From positions 1-27,053 of the forward strand of contig JBMYTV010000012.1 in assembly GCA_049604715.1 (NCBI GenBank): a DNA stretch of 27,053 nt, in the 5' to 3' direction. Of the stretch, positions 18,447-26,973 are shown one piece after another; position 1 is the first letter of the stretch, and the number at the start of each line of letters is the position of its first letter. The DNA comes from Patescibacteria group bacterium. Lineage in GTDB: Bacteria > Patescibacteriota > Patescibacteriia > S139-126 > S139-133. Below the pieces are notes generated by a model. That model was given only the letters and a program-made list of their open reading frames with translations, was not told where the DNA came from and did no database searches. The position numbers and the translations under genes are program-made.

Positions 18447-18475
18447 CAAAACCCCGCCAAGTGGCGGGGTTTTTG
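18447..18475. terminator. Bidirectional intrinsic terminator (CCCCGCC family)
   Basis: CAAA-ACCCCGCC-AAGT-GGCGGGGT-TTTT. It serves khpA on the plus strand and the first array gene on the minus strand. Confidence 0.7.
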
Positions 18476-18480
18476 TATTA

Positions 18481-18515
18481 GAAAACCTTCTACTATTAGC
18501 AGAAGGTTAAAGTTG
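18481..18515 (-). repeat. Hairpin-terminator repeat, copy A (AACCTTCT-N9-AGAAGGTT)
   Basis: One of three copies of a conserved GAAAACCTYCTRC-N5-GCAGAAGGT element. On the minus strand the stem is followed by TTTT, about 50 nt downstream of the 18565-18912 gene. Confidence 0.6.
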
Positions 18516-18564
18516 ACTTCATATATAGGTGACTGCGCTACAGGAAATGAAAAATTTGAAGTAC

Positions 18565-18912
18565 TCAGCTGGATGGGTTGCGTTTGTCATAGGCTATTGT
18601 GCTCATGAGCGCTCCAAAGGCTGCTGCAAGAAGCTGCACCAGAAACATCAAAAGAGCTGTAGATTCTTGGTGCTGTAGGCTATGATCGTGAACGATGTAG
18701 AGGCTGTGACCGAGGATATACATAGCACCAAGTGAAAGTAGGATATTTAACCAGTTTCGGAAGAAAATATTTACGATATCCATTACCATCACATGCAAAT
18801 TGTTGTTCAGGTCGTTCACTTCTCGAATCTTTGCTTCAGTCGCGTCCCATCTGTACGTTAGGGTAAAGTACAAAAGGAAAGAGACAATGATATACCACAC
18901 AAGTGTAGTCAT
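18565..18912 (-). CDS. Small 3-TM membrane protein, array member 1
   Basis: A 115-aa protein laid out as TM1, a polar loop of about 30 aa, then a TM2-TM3 hairpin (ALLMFLVQLLAAAFGALMSTIAY). Confidence 0.5.
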   Translation of the reverse strand: MTTLVWYIIVSFLLYFTLTYRWDATEAKIREVNDLNNNLHVMVMDIVNIFFRNWLNILLSLGAMYILGHSLYIVHDHSLQHQESTALLMFLVQLLAAAFGALMSTIAYDKRNPSS

Positions 18913-19105
18913 GATTATTCCTCACAAAATAGATTAAACAAAGAAATTAAAAAAGAACGAAATACATTAATTAAAAAAGCTTCATCTGATCTTACATAGA
19001 GTTTATAAGTTTGTCAAAGCGAACTTTACATATATACGCTTTTAAGTTAATGTAAACCACTAATTCAAGCTCTTAAACAATAAGTAAGTTCGTAAAGGGG
19101 AAGTC

Positions 19106-19738
19106 ATGTTCTTCCAGTATGATTATGTGTTGTTGGTCATTTTGTTTCTATTTATTTATTTTTTTAGGAAGCCTGGTTATATTCTTATTTACTCCAAAAG
19201 AAGAAGAACCGGTAGGGTGTTGTTTGTAAAAAAAACAGGCAAGAGCGCTCTTGTGATGGAGAAAGTAAAGAGTAGACCGGTCTTAATAGTCTTGCCTCCT
19301 GTTTTAGCAGATTTTGTTGAGCGCTTTATCAATGAGAATTATCAGTATGACTGGATGGGTGTGATTGGGGTAGCAATGACGTATGGGAGTATGCTTGATA
19401 ATTATAAGGTTTATACTTCACCAAAGCACGACCCATCAGTTTCAAAGTTTATGCGATATCCCAAAGAAGTACCAAGTACAGGAAGAAGGCCGATGGTGCT
19501 CAAGTTTCGTCTGAACACCTATAATGAAGCATATATGCTTCAGGGCGCGACAAAGCATGGGTTGGAACTTGAAGATTATATTATCTTCAATTTAAGAAGA
19601 TTCTATAGATACGTTGATATGCGGAAGACACACTACTTCTACTACAGGCATAAAGGTGAATATAAAAAGTTTGTTATCCATGGCCCGAACTCATATAGCG
19701 GCCCTCCTGTAACATTTGGAATATTCGACCCGAATTAA
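19106..19738 (+). CDS. Hypothetical protein with N-terminal TM, inside the array
   Basis: A 210-aa ORF with a GGGG RBS 5 nt upstream. The only plus-strand gene in the island. It has a possible Arc/RHH-like segment (MVLKFRLNTYNEAYMLQGATKHGLELEDYIIFNLRRF), which is a weak call. Confidence 0.45.
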   Translation: MFFQYDYVLLVILFLFIYFFRKPGYILIYSKRRRTGRVLFVKKTGKSALVMEKVKSRPVLIVLPPVLADFVERFINENYQYDWMGVIGVAMTYGSMLDNYKVYTSPKHDPSVSKFMRYPKEVPSTGRRPMVLKFRLNTYNEAYMLQGATKHGLELEDYIIFNLRRFYRYVDMRKTHYFYYRHKGEYKKFVIHGPNSYSGPPVTFGIFDPN

Positions 19739-19811
19739 AAAATTACAACCATCACTATTGTGATGGTTTTTACATTTTGAAAGTTTGCAAAGAGATATTT
19801 TTTTAAAAAAA

Positions 19812-19848
19812 TAGAAAACCTCCTGCTATTAGCAGAAGGTGAAAGTTC
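19812..19848 (-). repeat. Hairpin-terminator repeat, copy B (ACCTCCTGC-TATTA-GCAGAAGGT)
   Basis: The same family as copies A and C, with one stem mismatch. It lies 9 nt downstream of the minus-strand stop at 19849-19851 and is followed on the minus strand by TTTTCTATTTTTTT. Confidence 0.6.
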
Positions 19849-20172
19849 TTATGCGGAATTTTGTCTTTGAAAGTGTTTGATGCCAGCATATCGGCCGGTT
19901 ATAAGCGCGCCTATTATTGCTAAAGCAAAAACAATGACAATAGGATACTCTTTCACGACTGACAGGGTATAGTACACGGCCCATGTTAGTGGTACAATCC
20001 CGATCATAAAAACAGGAATGCCCCACGGGATGCAGATGGGTTTGATAATTTCCCAGGCAGTTGGTATTGATTCAGAAGTGGTTACTAGCTTGTCTTCTGA
20101 CTCTTCCCAAAGATAAGAAAGGATGCCAGATGTGGCAAGAATTGCAATACAGCAGAGGAAAAAGAGGATCAT
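19849..20172 (-). CDS. Small 3-TM membrane protein, array member 2
   Basis: A 107-aa protein with the same TM1-loop-TM2-TM3 layout. Its C-terminal TM (PIVIVFALAIIGALITGRYAG) resembles that of member 4. Confidence 0.5.
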   Translation of the reverse strand: MILFFLCCIAILATSGILSYLWEESEDKLVTTSESIPTAWEIIKPICIPWGIPVFMIGIVPLTWAVYYTLSVVKEYPIVIVFALAIIGALITGRYAGIKHFQRQNSA

Positions 20173-20528
20173 GTTAAGTCTCCTTTCGCTTTTCTGTATT
20201 TAAGCTTCTTCCACAGTATTTCCGTCACCACATGCAGGATTAGTCCGGCAGCTATGGTGATGGCAATTACCACCCACCAGCATATTTCAAGTTTTTTGGC
20301 GAAGGGCCATGATTCTATAATGATCCAGACAAACCCGATGATAACACCGAAAAGAAATACATACATGTATTTCTTTTCTAGAAAGTGTCGCCAGTAGTCT
20401 TGAAACCGAGTAGTACCATTCGGACGTTGATAAAGAAGTTCGTGTATTATAGACTCAACTTCAACGTGTCTGATAGTTAGGGCTATCACACACACGATAT
20501 ACAATACATACGCATAAAAAACATCCAT
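20169..20528 (-). CDS. Small 3-TM membrane protein, array member 3
   Basis: A 119-aa protein with the same layout. Its stop overlaps the start of member 2 (ATGA), suggesting translational coupling. Confidence 0.5.
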   Translation of the reverse strand: MDVFYAYVLYIVCVIALTIRHVEVESIIHELLYQRPNGTTRFQDYWRHFLEKKYMYVFLFGVIIGFVWIIIESWPFAKKLEICWWVVIAITIAAGLILHVVTEILWKKLKYRKAKGDLT

Positions 20529-20539
20529 TGGCAGCTCCT

Positions 20540-20923
20540 TTAAGCTTTTGTACTGATTTTGATAAAAAACACCTTACCTTTGAAATGCCTGTTACCAACC
20601 AATAAGCCGATAAAAGCACTGGCGACCGTAATGACAGTCGGGAAAGCATACATGCCCACGTCAGTTGGTACTGGCGATGACAGGAATACGATGATGCCGA
20701 TCCAAAGTCCAACAATCGCCAGAATAATTGATATCAGCGACGGGACCCAGATTTTTTTTAAAGAGATAAACTCTTTAAAAGTTTTGTACTTCTTTTCTGG
20801 CCGTTGTAATATTTTGACGTTATACGTCAATTCAGCCATGGCCAGCAGGAGAAAAACTAAGATGATGCACCAAATAACAAACATACCAAACATGGTAGAT
20901 ACCTCACAAAGAAAATTAAACAA
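20540..20923 (-). CDS. Small 3-TM membrane protein, array member 4
   Basis: A 127-aa protein with the same layout. Its C-terminal TM (PTVITVASAFIGLLVGNRHFKG) is similar to that of member 2. Confidence 0.5.
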   Translation of the reverse strand: MFNFLCEVSTMFGMFVIWCIILVFLLLAMAELTYNVKILQRPEKKYKTFKEFISLKKIWVPSLISIILAIVGLWIGIIVFLSSPVPTDVGMYAFPTVITVASAFIGLLVGNRHFKGKVFFIKISTKA

Positions 20924-20987
20924 ACATAATTATAAAGGTGCTGCCTGCGCAATTTACAACGTTTTTACTGATATGTAAAGTTTAAAT

Positions 20988-21022
20988 TATAAAACCTTCT
21001 GCAAATTGCAGAAGGTCAGTAT
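20988..21022 (-). repeat. Hairpin-terminator repeat, copy C (ACCTTCTGC-AAATT-GCAGAAGGT)
   Basis: A perfect 9-bp stem. On the minus strand it is followed by TTTT, about 20 nt downstream of the gene ending at 21041. Confidence 0.6.
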
Positions 21023-21040
21023 TGTTTTCAAGGAGTAGCA

Positions 21041-21355
21041 TTATGCTTGTTTTGATCTCTTTCTTTTCTTTCTAAAGAGACTTTTAAAATCGATTTCCTT
21101 GATGTAGGGTATAGCCCATGAGATGAATATCCCGAGTGTCACTGAGATGAGAAATAAGCCCATATGACCCATTGACTGCCACTTGGTCATCTGCGTTGGT
21201 ATGACAATAAAGTGACCAATAACAGACACAGCGAGCAATCCGTAGCTAATAAGATTATCATCTTCTTCGTGGTGCCATGCCCAGAATATCATGCCGCTTG
21301 AAGTTGCGTAACCAATGATTATAAAGATTAACCCAATATTTGTTTCCATATGCAT
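21041..21355 (-). CDS. Small 3-TM membrane protein, array member 5
   Basis: A 104-aa protein with three hydrophobic helices and a basic C-terminal tail (RKKRKRSKQA). Confidence 0.45.
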   Translation of the reverse strand: MHMETNIGLIFIIIGYATSSGMIFWAWHHEEDDNLISYGLLAVSVIGHFIVIPTQMTKWQSMGHMGLFLISVTLGIFISWAIPYIKEIDFKSLFRKKRKRSKQA

Positions 21356-21391
21356 CCTCTTGTTAAATGAGTGTATTACTAATACTTGGTG

Positions 21392-21745
21392 TTATTTTGA
21401 TACTTCGCGCCAAAGGCGTACCATCAGCGTGCTTGTAAGCCCAACAATCAAACCGGCAAGAATTTCAAGTACCGGCAGTAGTACTGCTAATAGTACAATA
21501 AACTGTGCATTGACAGGGAAGTTGACTGGCGGCGTGAAGTATAGGTAGAGCTGGTATGCGGTACACCCTAAAAAGATTACTAAGGTGATTACGAATAAGG
21601 TCTTTTTGGCGTGGAAGGCTTCAACCCAGTTTTTCTTTTTACTTAAGTACTCAGTAATATCTGGCTCATCAGTTCCACGTATACATATTTGGTATGTAAC
21701 AAATGCAACAATAACTAACTTTAATACATGCAGAAACAAAATCAT
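21392..21745 (-). CDS. Small 3-TM membrane protein, array member 6
   Basis: A 117-aa protein with the same layout, including a polar loop (CIRGTDEPDITEYLSKKKNWVEAFHAKKT). Confidence 0.5.
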   Translation of the reverse strand: MILFLHVLKLVIVAFVTYQICIRGTDEPDITEYLSKKKNWVEAFHAKKTLFVITLVIFLGCTAYQLYLYFTPPVNFPVNAQFIVLLAVLLPVLEILAGLIVGLTSTLMVRLWREVSK

Positions 21746-21855
21746 AATAACTCTCCTTTACTAAGATGGAAATGGAAGTATTATTTCAGTTTTACGTTTG
21801 GTGTGAACAATAACACCATCTGATTCATACCAGACATAGTCTGCGTGGTATTGTT

Positions 21856-22194
21856 TCAAACACAACGTAACAAAATCTCATCCTCATAATTGGGAGGAAA
21901 ACAAAGTCTAAGCTTTTGTAGTGACGCAGGTGTAAATTTAAATGAAACACGGTAAAATGTCGGACCTATTTTCTGCGAGATAACAGGCAGTGCCGACTGT
22001 TTGCCGTACTGTTCTCGTTTGAGCCATTTTTTATTTTTCCGGTAATACAGCATCCAGTTAAGCGCTGTTCTCATAATCATGCCCTTACTTTTTACTTCAT
22101 GTACATCCTGTAATTGCCTGATGAATTGAAATAAAACCACATCCAAACGAACCATAACCTGTACAGGCTGTTGTGGACTTGGTATCTTCTTCAA
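21856..22194 (-). CDS. Small basic soluble protein, possible ribbon-helix-helix regulator
   Basis: A 112-aa ORF with a TTG start. It has a beta-strand-like VQVMVRL followed by two predicted helices (DVVLFQFIRQLQDVHEV, MIMRTALNWMLYY), consistent with an RHH fold. This is a weak call. Confidence 0.35.
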   Translation of the reverse strand: MKKIPSPQQPVQVMVRLDVVLFQFIRQLQDVHEVKSKGMIMRTALNWMLYYRKNKKWLKREQYGKQSALPVISQKIGPTFYRVSFKFTPASLQKLRLCFPPNYEDEILLRCV

Positions 22195-22212
22195 GGCTAT
22201 CTCCTGTTGTTA

Positions 22213-22671
22213 TTATTCCTTCTTTTGTAATGAATTGGCGGCTTTGGTGAACAACCAAAATACAATACCAAAGAAAATAATACTACCAACAACAAAGTGT
22301 ATGTTAATAAGCATCATATTACTAGGCGTGCAAATACGTTGCCAGACATCATCTATTGTCTGCTTTTTAGCAGCTGCGGATTCGTACGAGCCCATATGCG
22401 CTAAGCAATAGATCCCACTAAGGGCTATGACCTCCCCAATGATGAGTATCAAAGAGATAGCAAAGGGTAAAAGCAGCGAAACTCGTTCGTGCGGATATAC
22501 TTTTTGTATCTCTGGTTGGAGGCCAAATAGCCACAGGAGCCAAATGAATGCGCATATTACTGATACAATAACCCACTTTTTAATAGCCTCGCTATTTTTT
22601 AATGCTAATTCTGTAATGTAGGCATACTTAATGTGATGAAGCCACTGTGAAACAAAGCTTTGCTGTCTCAT
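22213..22671 (-). CDS. Small 3-TM membrane protein, array member 7 (152 aa)
   Basis: Three TM helices with a soluble N-terminal part of about 30 aa. It is divergent from trmD. Confidence 0.45.
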   Translation of the reverse strand: MRQQSFVSQWLHHIKYAYITELALKNSEAIKKWVIVSVICAFIWLLWLFGLQPEIQKVYPHERVSLLLPFAISLILIIGEVIALSGIYCLAHMGSYESAAAKKQTIDDVWQRICTPSNMMLINIHFVVGSIIFFGIVFWLFTKAANSLQKKE

Positions 22672-22752
22672 AATACATCCTCTTTTTTAGGGTTTGAATT
22701 ATATTTGCTTTTAGGTTATTCTCAAACTGTATTTATTTGTCTAAGTGCTGTG

Positions 22753-23412
22753 ATGCGATTCGACATTATCACAATTTTCCCTGAAATACTAGACTCCTAC
22801 CTTGAGGAGACTATTTTGGCACGCGCCAAGTCACTTGGGATTATTGAGATTTATACCCACACGCCGCGGGAGTTTGCAACTGATGCGCACAAGTCTATAG
22901 ATGATAAGCCATATGGTGGCGGCGCTGGTATGGTCATGTTATTTGAGCCTATTGCTAAGACTATAGAAAAAGTAAAAGATCCTGAGCGTAAGTCATTGAC
23001 CGTACTACTTGCTGCAAATGGTGATGTCTTTAAACAAGAAAAGGCAAGGGAAATTGTAGCAGAGTATGAACAGGTTATTTTTATCTGTGGTCGATACGAA
23101 GGTGTTGATGCGCGCATTGAGGAAATAGTAGATATGAAGATGTCCGTAGGTGAATATGTATTGGCTGGTGGTGAATTACCTGCACTTGTAATGCTTGAGG
23201 CAACCGCACGGCTGATACCAGGCGTGCTAGGGAAAGAAGAATCACTTCGCGAAGAAAGCTTTAATGAAGACGGGTATCTTGAGTATCCACACTATACCAG
23301 ACCAGAAACTGTTTCATGGCAAGGAAAAGATTATACAGTTCCAGAAGTATTGCTATCTGGCAATCATGCAGAGATTGTAAAGTGGCGTAAACAAAATTCC
23401 AGACATACATAA
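22753..23412 (+). CDS. trmD: tRNA (guanine37-N1)-methyltransferase
   Basis: Has MRFDIITIFPE and DDKPYGGGAGMVM motifs. I place the start at the internal in-frame ATG (MRFDI) rather than the ORF-track start at 22660. The upstream extension is hydrophobic and would overlap the divergent gene. Confidence 0.85.
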   Translation: MRFDIITIFPEILDSYLEETILARAKSLGIIEIYTHTPREFATDAHKSIDDKPYGGGAGMVMLFEPIAKTIEKVKDPERKSLTVLLAANGDVFKQEKAREIVAEYEQVIFICGRYEGVDARIEEIVDMKMSVGEYVLAGGELPALVMLEATARLIPGVLGKEESLREESFNEDGYLEYPHYTRPETVSWQGKDYTVPEVLLSGNHAEIVKWRKQNSRHT

Positions 23413-23427
23413 TAGATTAACAATAGA

Positions 23428-23448
23428 GCATCACAATTAAATAATTAA
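23428..23448 (+). promoter_or_regulatory. Conserved upstream motif GCATCACAATTAAATAATTAA (copy 1)
   Basis: An identical 21-mer occurs at 23955-23975, each about 26-31 nt upstream of a paralogous gene start. It may be a promoter or an operator. Confidence 0.4.
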
Positions 23449-23474
23449 AACCACAAAATAAGATAGGGGATACT

Positions 23475-23834
23475 GTGTCAAAAAAGGCATTAATAAAACT
23501 GAGAAATCAAAGACGTAAGGAGAGTAAGCACAAGAAGAAAAGAGAAGTAATGGAAGGATATGTGGGTTTGGGCGTTGCTGGAGAATTAGATAAAGGTTAT
23601 TATCAGGTGCATTATGGCACTAATCCCAAAAGGGGTTATCATGTTTGTTATTTTAATGGAGAGAGTTGGTATTTGTATAATCTTCATCCGATTATTAGGA
23701 TGGGTGAAAGAGTGCGAAAACCAAATCATATCCTCACACAGAGATTGACCGGAAGGGTTACTGCATCAAGGATATTTTATCCAACAAAAGATACTAAACC
23801 CCAAAACCCACTCAGGATGAGTTATTATAGATAA
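23475..23834 (+). CDS. Basic protein with one W/Y-rich ~50-aa repeat (uncharacterised domain)
   Basis: GTG start with a GGGGA RBS. The repeat is GYYQVHYGTNPKRGYHVCYFNGESWYLYNLHPIIRMGERVRKPNHIL. The N-terminus is K/R-rich. Confidence 0.55.
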   Translation: MSKKALIKLRNQRRKESKHKKKREVMEGYVGLGVAGELDKGYYQVHYGTNPKRGYHVCYFNGESWYLYNLHPIIRMGERVRKPNHILTQRLTGRVTASRIFYPTKDTKPQNPLRMSYYR

Positions 23835-23847
23835 ATTTTGTGAAAGA

Positions 23848-23880
23848 AAGCCCTGTCGATAATCGACAGGTTTATTATTT
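23848..23880 (+). terminator. Intrinsic terminator (CCTGTCGA-TAA-TCGACAGG + T-run), copy 1
   Basis: The hairpin is followed by TTTATTATTT. An identical stem occurs after the next paralog. Confidence 0.65.
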
Positions 23881-23954
23881 GTCTGTAGATAGTATTTGAC
23901 ATATTACTTAAAATAAAGCATGATAGCTTATCATTGGTAAGTATTTTGGTTAGT

Positions 23955-23975
23955 GCATCACAATTAAATAATTAA
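23955..23975 (+). promoter_or_regulatory. Conserved upstream motif GCATCACAATTAAATAATTAA (copy 2)
   Basis: Identical to the motif at 23428-23448. It lies 31 nt upstream of the TTG start at 24007. Confidence 0.4.
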
Positions 23976-24006
23976 GTTTGTTTGTAAAAAGAAGAGAGGT
24001 GTTATT

Positions 24007-24726
24007 TTGGTTAAGAAAAAAGGGAAGTTGATTAAGCCAGGTAATGGCGGAGGCAAGAAGCAACAAAAGGAAGGCGTAAAAGTAGTCAATGATGGCTACA
24101 TGCTCACCAGGGATGCGTATCCCTTGGAGGAGGGTTTCTACCGGGTTCATTATGGGTTTGACCGAGAAAAAGGTTACTATACGTGTTTTTTTAAGAAAGA
24201 GAACAGGTGCTGGTATATGTATAGTGATCACCTTTCAATTAAATGCGGTGAAAGGGTTACAAAACCGCAACACGTTCTTCCGGGACGAATAATAGGTCGG
24301 ATAGAAAAAGATCCCAGATTTATCCCTTCTCCATATGGAGCGGCAAAGCATCCTCTTAAGAAGCTTAAGTCCGTTGTACCCGTTCACACTAATGTTAAGA
24401 AGCAGAAAAGAAAAAAGGTGAAGGTAATTTCGGATGATTTTGTTCTCACCAGAGATGCTTATGCTCTGCCGTTGGAAAAAGGATTTTACCAAGTACATTA
24501 TGGTATTGATCCTGATACGGATTATTACAGGTGCTATTATGATGGAAAATTTTCGTGGTACATGTATGGCGACCACAAATTGATCCACAAAGGTGAGCGT
24601 GTGCGAAAGCCAACCCATGTAAAGCCTGAAAAGTTGACCGGTCCTTCATTTACAAGGCAGCTTATCAACTGCCCACCCAAAAATACTTCCGTAAAGAATC
24701 CTCTTAAGAAAACTATCTTTGATTAA
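24007..24726 (+). CDS. Basic protein with two copies of the W/Y-rich ~50-aa repeat
   Basis: TTG start with an AGAGGTG RBS. The repeats are GFYRVHYGFDREKGYYTCFFKKENRCWYMYSDHLSIKCGERVTKPQHVL and GFYQVHYGIDPDTDYYRCYYDGKFSWYMYGDHKLIHKGERVRKPTHV. It is paralogous to the 23475-23834 protein. Confidence 0.6.
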   Translation: MVKKKGKLIKPGNGGGKKQQKEGVKVVNDGYMLTRDAYPLEEGFYRVHYGFDREKGYYTCFFKKENRCWYMYSDHLSIKCGERVTKPQHVLPGRIIGRIEKDPRFIPSPYGAAKHPLKKLKSVVPVHTNVKKQKRKKVKVISDDFVLTRDAYALPLEKGFYQVHYGIDPDTDYYRCYYDGKFSWYMYGDHKLIHKGERVRKPTHVKPEKLTGPSFTRQLINCPPKNTSVKNPLKKTIFD

Positions 24727-24735
24727 TTGCAAATT

Positions 24736-24768
24736 AAAACCCTGTCGATAATCGACAGGTTTTATATT
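24736..24768 (+). terminator. Intrinsic terminator (CCTGTCGA-TAA-TCGACAGG + T-run), copy 2
   Basis: The same stem as at 23852-23870, followed by TTTTATATTTATT. Confidence 0.65.
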
Positions 24769-24833
24769 TATTCGCTAAAAATACATAAAATAGACTGTGC
24801 ATGGCTTGTGGATCAATAGAAGACCAAAAAGAC

Positions 24834-24863
24834 TTGACATTTTGCTAAGAATACGGCTATAAT
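24834..24863 (+). promoter_or_regulatory. rRNA operon promoter candidate TTGACA-N18-TATAAT
   Basis: Consensus -35 and -10 hexamers lie about 290 nt upstream of the 16S 5' end. Confidence 0.5.
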
Positions 24864-25152
24864 ACCAAAGCTTTTGAAATAGTAACCAACAAAACCGCAC
24901 TTTAGCTGATTTTACAGTAGTATAGGAGGTGACCACTACTAAGAACAGTGAAGCTTATTTTGAACAAGTAGGTTTCTCTGTTTTTATTAGCTTCAAAGCT
25001 CATAGAGACAAGATCATTGATATTTATATAGTGTTCGGGAGGTAAATGTGTATACGCGCATTTACTTTTTCTCGATCAATTCTTTTTGATTAAGCTTTTA
25101 GCTTAATCAACCATTTTCTATTTCTATTTGAAGCTTTGAGATAGATTCTCAT

Positions 25153-26622
<1,470 letters not shown>

Positions 26623-26790
26623 CTAGGGAGTTATACTCTAGTAGGTAGGGACCTATGCCACGATTCGCTCGTGGTATGTGAAACTACTGAATGTCGAGAC
26701 TCATTCATATGAGTCAGTGAAATTTTATTTCACTCAAATTAAGATGAGAAAAAGTGATCCTTCTGAACACTATATAGATATCAAACGTGA

Positions 26791-26816
26791 AAACTCCGCC
26801 TGATCGCGGAGTTTTT
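26791..26816 (+). terminator. Terminator-like hairpin in the 16S-tRNA spacer
   Basis: AAA-CTCCGC-CTGATC-GCGGAG-TTTTT. Confidence 0.4.
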
Positions 26817-26896
26817 ACTTGAATTATTTTACAAAGTCTGGTATTTTGATTGAGTTACAGGGCATGCAAGTCATGCTTTGTCTTACACATACTTAC

Positions 26897-26973
26897 GGGC
26901 GATTAGCTCAGCTGGTTAGAGCGCGTCACTGATAATGACGAGGTCGGAGGTTCAAGTCCTCCATCGCCCACCA
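26897..26973 (+). tRNA. tRNA-Ile (anticodon GAT), CCA encoded
   Basis: GGGCGAT acceptor, D-arm GCTCAGCTGGTTAGAGC, anticodon stem CGTCA/TGACG with loop CTGATAA, T-arm GGAGGTTCAAGTCCTCC, acceptor ATCGCCC, discriminator A, then CCA. Confidence 0.9.

Noticed and set aside
22660-22752. Upstream extension of trmD suggested by the ORF track (MLSHNTSSFLGFELYLLLGYSQTVFICLSAV)
   Set aside because: The extension is hydrophobic, unlike TrmD, and would overlap the divergent array gene ending at 22671. The conserved TrmD N-terminus MRFDIITIFPE begins at the in-frame ATG at 22753.
23896-23925. TTGACA at 23896-23901 as a promoter for the second W/Y-repeat gene
   Set aside because: No acceptable -10 hexamer lies at 16-19 nt spacing (TAAAAT is only 7 nt away). 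The conserved 21-mer at 23955-23975 is a better regulatory candidate.
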